Shown here one piece after another: positions 37,696 to 46,133 of a DNA stretch of 64,000 nt. The DNA is from Armatimonadota bacterium (lineage in GTDB: Bacteria; Armatimonadota; UBA10988): positions 1-64,000 of the forward strand of contig JACRKZ010000073.1 of the NCBI GenBank assembly GCA_016235455.1. The letters are read 5' to 3'. Positions within the stretch are counted from its first letter, which is position 1. Each line of letters starts with the position of its first letter. Under the pieces are notes generated by a model. The model had not been told where the DNA came from and did not search any database. It was given only the letters and a program-made list of their open reading frames with translations. The position numbers were made by a program, and so were the translations under genes.

Positions 37696-39738
37696 ATGAG
37701 CACTACGCCCGCGCCGGCGCCGCTTGCGCCGATCCCGTCGCCTCGCCAGATGGCCTGGCAGCGCCGCGAAGTCATCGGATTCGTCCACTTCACGGTCAAC
37801 ACGTTCACGGACCGCGAATGGGGGCTCGGCAACGAGGACCCGGCCGTCTTCAATCCCACCCAGCTCGACGCGCTCCAGTGGGCGCGGGCGCTGAAGGCGG
37901 GCGGCGCCAAGATGGTCATCTTGACCGCCAAGCACCATGACGGCTTCTGCGTGTGGCCGAGCGCGCTGACCGACCACTCGGTTAAGTCGAGCCCGTGGCG
38001 CAACGGCCAGGGCGACGTGGTGCGCGAACTGAGCGATGCCTGCGCCGCCGAAGGGCTGGATTTCGGCGTCTACCTGTCGCCCTGGGACCGCCACGAGCCG
38101 ACCTATGGCTCCGGACAGGAGTACAACGACTACTACGTGGCGCAACTCACCGAACTGCTGACCCAGTACGGGCCAATCAAGGAAGTGTGGTTCGACGGCG
38201 CGTGTGGCGAAGGGCCCAACGGCAAGCGGCAGGTCTATGACTTCGCGCGCTTCTGGGGCACGGTACGTGACCTGGCGCCCGACGCTGTCATGTTCTCCGA
38301 TGCCGGGCCCGACGTACGCTGGGTCGGCAACGAGAGCGGCTACAGCGCCGACGAGTCGTGGTCGACGGTCGACCGCTGCCGGTGGGGCGTGGGCGCCAAC
38401 AACGAGCATCAGACGCGCGGCCACGAGGGCGGCGCCGACTGGCTTCCGCCGGAGACCGACGTCTCCGTGCGGCCGGGCTGGTTCTACCACGCGTCCGAGG
38501 ACGACCGCGTCAAGAGCCTGGACAAGCTGCTCGACATCTACTACCACAGCGTCGGGCTGAACAGCGTGCTGCTGCTCAATGTGCCGCCCGACCAGCGGGG
38601 CCTGATCCACGAGAACGACGCGACGCGACTGGCGGAGTTCCGCGCGGTCATCGACGCGACGTTCGCCCGCGACCTGGCCGTGGACCGACCGGTCGTGGCC
38701 AGCAACGTGCGTGGCAACGACATCCTCTACGCCTCGGGCAACGTTACGCATAACGACCAGGATACCTACTGGGCCACCGACGACGAGGTGGTCAGCGCCT
38801 CGCTCGAGATGGACCTGGGCGGACCGACGACCTTCAACGTCGTGGCCCTCGGCGAGGCCATCGCGCTGGGCCAGCGGGTGCGCCGCTTCCATGTCGAAGC
38901 GCTGGTCGACGGCGTCTGGCAGCCGCTGGCCGAGGGTCGTACTATAGGCTACCTGCGCCTGCTGCGACTGGCGCCGGTCACGGCCAGCCGCCTGCGGGTG
39001 ACCATCGATGACGCCCGCGCCTGCCCGTGCCTCAATACCGTGGGCCTGTTTCTCGAGCCGGCCAAGGTGGACTTTGGCACTGCCGACCGGGCCTTCGACG
39101 CCGCGGCCGGGCTCGACCTGACGCTGGCCTGCTCGGTGCCCGGCGCCGAGGTGCGCTACACGCTCGACGGCTCGGAGCCGACGGCGGCCAGCCCGCTGGC
39201 CAGTGGACCACTGCGCCTGACGGCGACCACCACCGTGCGGGCCAGGGCCTGGTACGATGGTGTGGCCAGCCCGTATCGCGCCGAAGGCACCTTCGAGGCG
39301 CTGATTGCGGAGACGCCTGGTGCGGCGCCGGCCGACGCGGGCTTCGCCTGCGCCTACTTCGAGGGTGGCTGGCAGACGCTGGACCAGATGGCCGGGGCCT
39401 CGCCGGTGGCCGAGAGCCGCGAGCCGGCCATCTCGCTCGCGCCCGCGCGGCGCGACCAGCACTGCGCGCTGCGGTTCACCGGCTCGTTCGAGGCGCCGGT
39501 CGACGGTCTGTACCGCTTCTGGGTCACGTCGGACGACGGCAGCCGCCTGTGGGTTGGCGATCGCCTGGTGGTCGACAACGACGGCCTGCACGGCGAGCCC
39601 ACCGAGCGTGGCGGACTGGCCAACCTCAGAGCCGGCGCGCATTCGCTGACGCTGGCCTGGTTCCGGGCGGCCGGCGGGCAGGCTCTGGCGGTCGAGTGGG
39701 CCGGCCCGGGCATGGCGCGGAGGCCGCTTGGCTCTTGA
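37696..39738 (+). CDS. alpha-L-fucosidase GH29 with F5/8-type, Fn3-like and PA14 domains
   Basis: FVHF, TAKHHDGF, YLSPWDRH, EVWFDGA, DVRWVGNE, RPGWFYH; VRYTLDGSEP; SDDGSRLW..DNDGLH (PA14). Confidence 0.93.
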   Translation: MSTTPAPAPLAPIPSPRQMAWQRREVIGFVHFTVNTFTDREWGLGNEDPAVFNPTQLDALQWARALKAGGAKMVILTAKHHDGFCVWPSALTDHSVKSSPWRNGQGDVVRELSDACAAEGLDFGVYLSPWDRHEPTYGSGQEYNDYYVAQLTELLTQYGPIKEVWFDGACGEGPNGKRQVYDFARFWGTVRDLAPDAVMFSDAGPDVRWVGNESGYSADESWSTVDRCRWGVGANNEHQTRGHEGGADWLPPETDVSVRPGWFYHASEDDRVKSLDKLLDIYYHSVGLNSVLLLNVPPDQRGLIHENDATRLAEFRAVIDATFARDLAVDRPVVASNVRGNDILYASGNVTHNDQDTYWATDDEVVSASLEMDLGGPTTFNVVALGEAIALGQRVRRFHVEALVDGVWQPLAEGRTIGYLRLLRLAPVTASRLRVTIDDARACPCLNTVGLFLEPAKVDFGTADRAFDAAAGLDLTLACSVPGAEVRYTLDGSEPTAASPLASGPLRLTATTTVRARAWYDGVASPYRAEGTFEALIAETPGAAPADAGFACAYFEGGWQTLDQMAGASPVAESREPAISLAPARRDQHCALRFTGSFEAPVDGLYRFWVTSDDGSRLWVGDRLVVDNDGLHGEPTERGGLANLRAGAHSLTLAWFRAAGGQALAVEWAGPGMARRPLGS

Positions 39739-39770
39739 CCACAAGCCGCCCAAGCGGCGATGATGCAGAC

Positions 39771-40253
39771 ATGGCCAGCTACCAGTGCATTCGTATCGGT
39801 GACGAGGTCGTGGCGTTCGTCTGGAGCGAGCGCGGCGTGCAGCGCGTGTGCCTGCCACAGCCCTCGCGCGAGGCGGCGCTGGCCGCGGTCGGCGTGCGCG
39901 CGGACACGGGCGAATCGTGCCACAGCGAACTCGCTGGCCTGTTGGAGCGTTTCTATCAGGGGCAACCGGTCGACTTTGGCGCGATAGCGCTCGACCTGGG
40001 CCGGCAGACATCGTTCACCGCCGCGGTGCGCGCGCGTGTGCTGGCGCTGGGCTGGGGCCAGACCGCCACCTACGGCGACGTGGCCACGGCGGCCGGCAGC
40101 CCGCGAGGCGCCCGCGCCGTCGGCCAGGTCATGGCGCGCAATCCGGTGCCGCCGCTGATCCCTTGCCACCGCGTGCTCGGTAGCCAGGGACTGGGCGGCT
40201 ACGGCGGCGGGCTGGCTCTGAAGAGCCGGTTGCTGGAGTGGGAGAGAGGTTGA
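39771..40253 (+). CDS. ogt: methylated-DNA--protein-cysteine methyltransferase
   Basis: TYGDVA, ARAVGQ, NPVP..IPCHRV, GGYGGG..K..LL..E. Confidence 0.93.
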   Translation: MASYQCIRIGDEVVAFVWSERGVQRVCLPQPSREAALAAVGVRADTGESCHSELAGLLERFYQGQPVDFGAIALDLGRQTSFTAAVRARVLALGWGQTATYGDVATAAGSPRGARAVGQVMARNPVPPLIPCHRVLGSQGLGGYGGGLALKSRLLEWERG

Positions 40254-40681
40254 TGCGCGAGTTCGTCATCCGCTGGATCGGCAATGCCATGATCCTGCTG
40301 ATCGTGGCCAACGCGCTGCACGGCCAGCCGGGCCAGCCGGACCCGGTGGTGGTGCACGGCTTTGGCGCAGCCTTCCTCGGCGTGGCGCTGGTCACCGTGC
40401 TGAATCTGGTGCTGCAGCCCATGGTCAGCGTCGTCAAGGCGCTGGGCTGCCTGGTCAACCTGATCACCATCGGCGTCTTCGGCTGGTTGGTGTCGTTCGG
40501 CTTCTGGGCGCTGGCATTCTTCCTGGTCGGCTTCATGACCCGGCCGCTGGGCGACGACTTCCGTATTGAGAGCTTCGGCGCGGCGGCCGCCGCGGCGTTC
40601 TGGATGGCGCTGGGCAACGGCCTGCTGAGCATGGCGGTCCATCGCCGCGAGGACGATGAGGGACGAGAGAGGGAGCGGTGA
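40253..40681 (+). CDS. YvlD/4-TM phage-holin-family membrane protein
   Basis: FVIRW, LNLVLQP, NLITIGVF, F.I.SFG.A pattern; ATG overlaps the ogt stop. Confidence 0.7.
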   Translation: MREFVIRWIGNAMILLIVANALHGQPGQPDPVVVHGFGAAFLGVALVTVLNLVLQPMVSVVKALGCLVNLITIGVFGWLVSFGFWALAFFLVGFMTRPLGDDFRIESFGAAAAAAFWMALGNGLLSMAVHRREDDEGRERER

Positions 40682-40688
40682 TTCGCGC

Positions 40689-41573
40689 ATGACGCCGACC
40701 CAACTGGTCATCGTCACAGGCATGTCTGGCGCTGGCAAGTCCACCGCCATCCGCTGCCTGGAGGAGATGAGCTACTTCACCATCGACAACATGCCGCCGT
40801 CGCTGCTGCCTACCTTCGTGCAGCTCTGCGCGACCCAGGAGCGCCCGGTATCGCATGTGGCGGCGGTGATCGATGTGCGCGGCGGCGAGTTCTTCGACGA
40901 CATTGTCTCCGCGCTCGATGAGCTGGACCAGGCCGGTTCGCCCTATCGCATCGTCTTCCTCGACGCGAGCACCGAGGTGCTGCTGTCGCGGTTCAAGGAA
41001 CACCGTGTCCGCCATCCGCTACAGAGCGACGGCCGGTCGTTGCTCGATGCCATCGAGGCCGAACGCGAATTGCTGGGTGAGCTCAAGGGTCGGGCCAGCG
41101 TCGTGCTCGACACCAGCGCCGAGACCGTGCGTGCGCTGCGCGGCGAGTTGACCAAGCTGTTTCCCGTGCGCGACGGCGGCAACGAGATGATGGTCCACAT
41201 CGTCTCGTTCGGCTACAAGCACGGCATGCCGGCCGACGTCGACTACGTGTTCGACGTCCGCTACCTGCGCAACCCGCACCACGATCCCGAGCTGCGCCCG
41301 TTCACCGGCGATGATCCGCGCGTGCGCGCCTACGTCGAGGAAGACCCGCGCACCGCGGAGATCCGCGCACGGCTCTGCGACTTCGTGGACTTCGTGCTGC
41401 CTCAGCACTATGAGGAAGGGCGGCGCTACGTGAGTATCGGCATCGGCTGCACCGGCGGCAAGCATCGCAGCCGCGTAGTGGCGGCGTATCTCGCGGAGCA
41501 TCTGGAGGCGCAAGGCTATCGCGTGGTGCGTCAGCATCGTGACCGCTACCGCGAGGGCCAGGGCTGGGGCTGA
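40689..41573 (+). CDS. rapZ: RNase adapter RapZ/YvcJ P-loop protein
   Basis: VTGMSGAGKS, IDNMP, IDVR, RHPL, SFGYKHG, FDVRYLRNP, IGCTGGKHRS. Confidence 0.95.
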   Translation: MTPTQLVIVTGMSGAGKSTAIRCLEEMSYFTIDNMPPSLLPTFVQLCATQERPVSHVAAVIDVRGGEFFDDIVSALDELDQAGSPYRIVFLDASTEVLLSRFKEHRVRHPLQSDGRSLLDAIEAERELLGELKGRASVVLDTSAETVRALRGELTKLFPVRDGGNEMMVHIVSFGYKHGMPADVDYVFDVRYLRNPHHDPELRPFTGDDPRVRAYVEEDPRTAEIRARLCDFVDFVLPQHYEEGRRYVSIGIGCTGGKHRSRVVAAYLAEHLEAQGYRVVRQHRDRYREGQGWG

Positions 41574-41638
41574 CCCTTCACCGCGGCGCGTTGCCGCAGC
41601 ACACTAGAAATGGGTCTGGCAACCCGGAGGTCGTAGCG

Positions 41639-41866
41639 ATGGCCGAATCTGGCACCGAGAATCAGGTAGCGCTCACCGCGCCGCCCATCCACGAGCCCGA
41701 ACTGTGTGGCGGGTGCCTGATGTGTTGGGTGTACTGCCCCGAGGACGCCATCATCGTCGAACGCGGCCGCATCGTGGGTGTCGACCCGCAGGCCTGCGCG
41801 CGCTGCGGCCAGTGCGTGCTCGTCTGTCAGCCCACGCGTCACGCCCGTCACTGGCCCGACGCCTAA
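41639..41866 (+). CDS. small 2x[4Fe-4S] ferredoxin (PorD/delta-subunit-like)
   Basis: CGGCLMCWVYCP and CARCGQCVLVC; GGAGG SD. Confidence 0.85.
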   Translation: MAESGTENQVALTAPPIHEPELCGGCLMCWVYCPEDAIIVERGRIVGVDPQACARCGQCVLVCQPTRHARHWPDA

Positions 41867-44800
41867 CCGATCACCAGCGCCAGACACGGTGCCAGCCCGG
41901 TGGCCCGCACCTGGCCTGCCAGCGCCGTGACATCGGCCAGACCGCCCACCAGCAGCAGCGGCGCTGCCCAGCGGTCGGGATGGGCGGCGATGTCGAAACA
42001 CACCGGCCAGCCCAGACGGCGGCTCAGCGCCACCAGCAACTCGTCGGCCGCCTGGCACGACACAGCCCCCGCCAGCGCCACCGGCTGTGCCGACAGCACA
42101 GGCAGAACCGCCTCGACCGACGCCGTACCCGTCAGCCGCCAGCCTCGCGACCAGGGGCCAGCCAGCGCCACGACTTCGCCCGCATCCGCCGGCTCGGGCG
42201 CCGGCTCGGCGGCTGGCGCGAGCGACTGCTTCACCCAGCGGATGGCAGCCAGTGAGGTGCCGTCGCCCAGAGCGGCGCGCACCAGGTGCAATGGCCGTTC
42301 GGGCTCCACCTCAAGCGCTGCCAGAATGCGGCGATGGGCCTCATCGCCGAGTAGTTCGGCGCAGTCGATGTCGCCACGATCGAGGAGTGCCATGACATGC
42401 GTGTTCAGGCGCGCGATGGTCACTCCAGCTTCCCTGGCGGCCTCATCCAGCGTGTGCCCACGGCGAATCATCCGCACGCCGGCCTCGAAGGGATCGCTCG
42501 GCGGCGCGGCGGTGGCGGCGGGCAGTGGCGCGGTTGGCATTTCGTGGGGCTGAGTCTGCTCGGCCCAGGCCAGGAGTACGGGCAGCAGGGAGGCGCCATG
42601 GCGCTCGGCGAAGGCCGGCCCGGCGCCAGACAGGGCGCCCATGGACTGGACCGTATCGGGCCGGTGACGGCACAGGAGGCGTAGCAGGCGGTCGGCACAG
42701 ATGGTCCGGGCCGGCACGCCCTCGTCGCGCGAGCGCTGCGTGCGCCAGGCGCGCAACTGCTCAAAGAGCGTCATCTCCTCGGCCGTGAGCTGATGGTCTT
42801 CGGGCGGCGGTGGGGGCGCGGCCGCGGGGGGCACGCTGGAGGGTGCCGGCTCGCGCAGCAGTTCCAGGATAGCCTCGCCATACAGCTCAATCTTGCGCGG
42901 GCCGATGCCGTTGATCCGTTCGAGGTCGGCCAGACGGCGCGGTCGGCACTGGGCCAGCTCGGCCAGCGCGCGCTTGGACAGGACCATGAAGGGCGGCACG
43001 CCGTCTTCGGCGGCCTGGTCGCGGCACCAGACACGGAGCCGCTCGTGGAGCGCCTCATCATCAACCGACAGGTCGTCGGCCGGCGTCGGCTGAGGAGCGC
43101 CGTGTGCCGGGCGCAGGCACGGCAGGGCGATCGGCCGTGCCTCGTCGGCGAGTGCCGCGCGGCCATGGCGGGTGAGGGCCATGACCGGCTTGTCGCCATT
43201 GATCGGCTTGAGCCACCCATCGAGCACGAGGTTGTCGATGGCGTCGAGCACGGTCTTCGTGGGCCACGCCTTCAACTGGCCGTAGGTGGGCAGATTGCGC
43301 GCCCATGGCTCGACCGTCCGGGCCTTACTGCCCGACAGAATGCCACCCAGACGCACGCGGCCCAGGCCGTGGCGAGCCGCACCGACCGTGGTCAGGATGG
43401 TTCGCGCCACCTCGGTCTCGGCGGGTGTGGTGGCGGGATCGACAGCGGGTTCGGGGTCATCGGCGGCCATCTGCAGCGGGTCCGGCTCCTCGGGATCGCC
43501 GAAGTAGCCGAGCAGGAACCGGCGGCGTGACGGGGCGGTCTCGCAGTAGCGCACCATGGCGCCCACCTGGCTCTCGCGCAGGCGTCGACGCTGGTGCTGC
43601 AGCTCCACGAAGCGGTCCACGTCGCGGGAGGCGAGTTGGCCGGGCCGCAAGGTGTAGCGGCCCGTGCCGTCGTCCACGCCGAAGTCGTCAACCAGGCCCA
43701 GGCGCTCCAGGTAGTCGATGGCCCCGCGCGCCTGCGTATCGCTGAGGCTGGCGTCCTGCGCGGCTTCGTTGAGCGATCGCGCGCCGTGCCGCAGCGCCTC
43801 CAGCGTGGCGCGGAGCTGCTCGGCGCCCATCTCCTCATGCTCGATGAACCAGTACTGCAGTCCGGCATCGGTCGGGTGGTAGAGCATGATGCAGCGCGCC
43901 GGTTGGCCATCGCGGCCGGCGCGGCCGGCCTCCTGGTAGTAGGCTTCGATCGAGCCGGGCATGGTCCAGTGGATGACGAACCGTACCTCGGACTTGTCGA
44001 TGCCCATGCCAAAGGCGTTGGTGGCCACGACGATGGCGTCGGGATGGCTCATGAACAGGTCTTGCGCGGCGCTGCGCTCGCCCGCGGGCAGGCCGGCGTG
44101 GTAGAACACCGTCGGGCGGTGGGTGCGCTCGCCGATGTGCTGGGCCAGCCCTTCGGCGGCCTTGCGCGTGCCGCTGTAGATGATGCCACTGCCCGGCATC
44201 TCGTCGAGCAGCCGGTCGAGCTGGAGGAGTTTGCCGTCCTCGGTGGGCGCGTAGCGGATCTCGAAGGTCAGGTTCGGGCGGTTGAACCCCGACACGGCGC
44301 GCGGCAAGTCGGGCCGGCCGAGCTGCTTGGCGATGTCGTCCTGCACGTCCAGCGTGGCGGTGGCGGTCAGTGCCACGAGCGGCGGCTGGCCCAGGTCTTC
44401 CAGCACCTCGCCCATGAGCAGGTAGTCGGGCCGGAAATCGTGACCCCACTGGCTGATGCAGTGGGCCTCATCCACCACGAAGCGCTGGATGCAGACCTCG
44501 CGCAGCCGGCGGCGGAAACCCGACAGGCGGAAGCGCTCGGGCGCCACGTACAGCAGCTTGACGCGGCCCGTCACGGCATCGGACAGGGCGCGGCGCTGCT
44601 CGTCGGCGCCCATGGCGGAGTTGATGCAGGCGGCCGCGCCCGGCCAGCGCTGGTTGAGCGACTCCACCTGGTCCTTCATCAGCGCGATGAGCGGGCTGAC
44701 CACCAGCGTCAGTGGCGGCAGTTCCAGCGCCGGCAGTTGGAAGCAGAGCGACTTGCCGCTGCCGGTCGGGCGCACGACCAGTCGGTCCTCGCCGCGCAAC

Positions 44801-44928
44801 ACGGCACCAACCACCTCGCCCTGATGGGGCAGGTAGCAGGGGAAACCGAACCACCTCGCCAGCGCGTCGTCCAGTTCGGTGGCGTCAAGGCTCAAGCGCG
44901 CCAGGGCGGCCTGTGCCTCGCTGGCCAT
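41863..44928 (-). CDS. recQ: RecQ-family DNA helicase with extra HTH, RQC, two HRDC domains and C-terminal extension
   Basis: PTGSGKSLCFQ, DEAHCISQWGHDFRP, LTATA, ATNAFGMGIDK, YYQEAGRAGRDG; HRDC motifs GVPPFMV and GVPARTI. Confidence 0.93.
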   Translation of the reverse strand: MASEAQAALARLSLDATELDDALARWFGFPCYLPHQGEVVGAVLRGEDRLVVRPTGSGKSLCFQLPALELPPLTLVVSPLIALMKDQVESLNQRWPGAAACINSAMGADEQRRALSDAVTGRVKLLYVAPERFRLSGFRRRLREVCIQRFVVDEAHCISQWGHDFRPDYLLMGEVLEDLGQPPLVALTATATLDVQDDIAKQLGRPDLPRAVSGFNRPNLTFEIRYAPTEDGKLLQLDRLLDEMPGSGIIYSGTRKAAEGLAQHIGERTHRPTVFYHAGLPAGERSAAQDLFMSHPDAIVVATNAFGMGIDKSEVRFVIHWTMPGSIEAYYQEAGRAGRDGQPARCIMLYHPTDAGLQYWFIEHEEMGAEQLRATLEALRHGARSLNEAAQDASLSDTQARGAIDYLERLGLVDDFGVDDGTGRYTLRPGQLASRDVDRFVELQHQRRRLRESQVGAMVRYCETAPSRRRFLLGYFGDPEEPDPLQMAADDPEPAVDPATTPAETEVARTILTTVGAARHGLGRVRLGGILSGSKARTVEPWARNLPTYGQLKAWPTKTVLDAIDNLVLDGWLKPINGDKPVMALTRHGRAALADEARPIALPCLRPAHGAPQPTPADDLSVDDEALHERLRVWCRDQAAEDGVPPFMVLSKRALAELAQCRPRRLADLERINGIGPRKIELYGEAILELLREPAPSSVPPAAAPPPPPEDHQLTAEEMTLFEQLRAWRTQRSRDEGVPARTICADRLLRLLCRHRPDTVQSMGALSGAGPAFAERHGASLLPVLLAWAEQTQPHEMPTAPLPAATAAPPSDPFEAGVRMIRRGHTLDEAAREAGVTIARLNTHVMALLDRGDIDCAELLGDEAHRRILAALEVEPERPLHLVRAALGDGTSLAAIRWVKQSLAPAAEPAPEPADAGEVVALAGPWSRGWRLTGTASVEAVLPVLSAQPVALAGAVSCQAADELLVALSRRLGWPVCFDIAAHPDRWAAPLLLVGGLADVTALAGQVRATGLAPCLALVIG

Positions 44929-44970
44929 GTACGGATCCTCCCAACGCTTTGTTCAAAGCGGAGCATGCAG

Positions 44971-45053
44971 ATGACCATGGAGCACAGCCGCCCGCGACCG
45001 CGCGCGACGAGTCGACCAACGCACAGCCGACGGCGGCTGTGCTCCATGGTCAT
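44971..45053. repeat. REPIN/BIME-like element: 22-bp perfect inverted repeat
   Basis: ATGACCATGGAGCACAGCCGCC (44971-44992) / GGCGGCTGTGCTCCATGGTCAT (45032-45053); the right unit is itself palindromic (GCACAGCCG-ACGG-CGGCTGTGC). Confidence 0.8.
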
Positions 45054-45067
45054 TCGCGCAGGCGACC

Positions 45068-46120
45068 TTAGTGCTTCCTCAGCAGCCACTTGACCACGCC
45101 GAGAATGCCCTGACGCCAGGCCACGCGGTGGGTGATGCCCGTGGCGCCGGCGATCTCCGCCTTGTGCTCCAGGTACCACTGGTAGCTGCGGATCAGTGCG
45201 TCGGCGTTGGAATACTTGGGATTCCAGCCCAGTTGGGACTCGATCTTCTCGGTGGAGACAAACGAATCCGTGTCGGCCGTGCCGTACACCCACTTGTACA
45301 GCGGCGACAGGCGCAGCACTTCAGCCACGCGCAGGAAGAGCTTGACACCGGGCGCCCAAGTGCCCATGACGCGCGCGCCGTTGCCCGCGTAGTCGCACAG
45401 CGCGCCAACGTCCTCGTTGACGGTGCGGAAGTCCTTGGCGCCGACATTGAACGTATCGTTGACCTTGTCGAGCGGGCCGCTCAGGCCGAGCCAGATGGCC
45501 TGCACGAGGTCGCATACCTCAAGCAACTGGTAGCGGTTGGTGCCCGGTCCGATGACCGGAATGCGGCAGCCGCTCTCCACCCAGTCGTAGAGGATCTGGA
45601 ACACGCCCAGCCGGGCCGTGCCGATGAACGTCTTGGGTCGGATGACGCAGACCACCAGGCCCTTGTGCCGCCAGCCGGCGCACAGCTCTTCCGCGGCGAT
45701 CTTGGTCTCGCCGTACGGGCCGACACCAACCATCGGATCGGTCTCGTAGAGCGGGTGCTTGTCGGGCACGCCGTAGACGGCGGTGGACGAGATCTGCACC
45801 ATGCGCTGTACGCCGGCGTCGACGCAGGCCTGCAGCACGTTGCGTGTGCCGTCCACATTCACCGTGTAGATGTCTTCACGCTTCCACAGCGGCAGCGCCG
45901 CGGCGCCGTGCACCACCATGTCGGGCTTGTGCGCCGCGAACACCTCGGCCAGGCGGTCCTCATCGCGAATGTCGCCTTGCTCGTAGATTGTGCCGTCGGG
46001 ATACTCGGCCAGCTCCGCCGGCACGAGATCGAAGAGCACGAACTCGATCTCCTTGTCCCGCAGGTCGTTGGCGATGTGGTAGCCCAGGAACCCGGATCCA
46101 CCGGTGATCAGCAACTTCAC
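45068..46120 (-). CDS. NAD-dependent epimerase/dehydratase (3-beta-HSD-like SDR)
   Basis: GTG start with GAGGAG SD; GGSGFLG, NVDGTRN, SSTAVYG, YGETK, IRP. Confidence 0.9.
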   Translation of the reverse strand: MKLLITGGSGFLGYHIANDLRDKEIEFVLFDLVPAELAEYPDGTIYEQGDIRDEDRLAEVFAAHKPDMVVHGAAALPLWKREDIYTVNVDGTRNVLQACVDAGVQRMVQISSTAVYGVPDKHPLYETDPMVGVGPYGETKIAAEELCAGWRHKGLVVCVIRPKTFIGTARLGVFQILYDWVESGCRIPVIGPGTNRYQLLEVCDLVQAIWLGLSGPLDKVNDTFNVGAKDFRTVNEDVGALCDYAGNGARVMGTWAPGVKLFLRVAEVLRLSPLYKWVYGTADTDSFVSTEKIESQLGWNPKYSNADALIRSYQWYLEHKAEIAGATGITHRVAWRQGILGVVKWLLRKH

Positions 46121-46133
46121 GACGTCTCTCCTC

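Noticed and set aside
40253-40681. Holin as a prophage sign
   Set aside because: YvlD-type proteins are chromosomal and often near rapZ/hprK; there are no phage genes around it.
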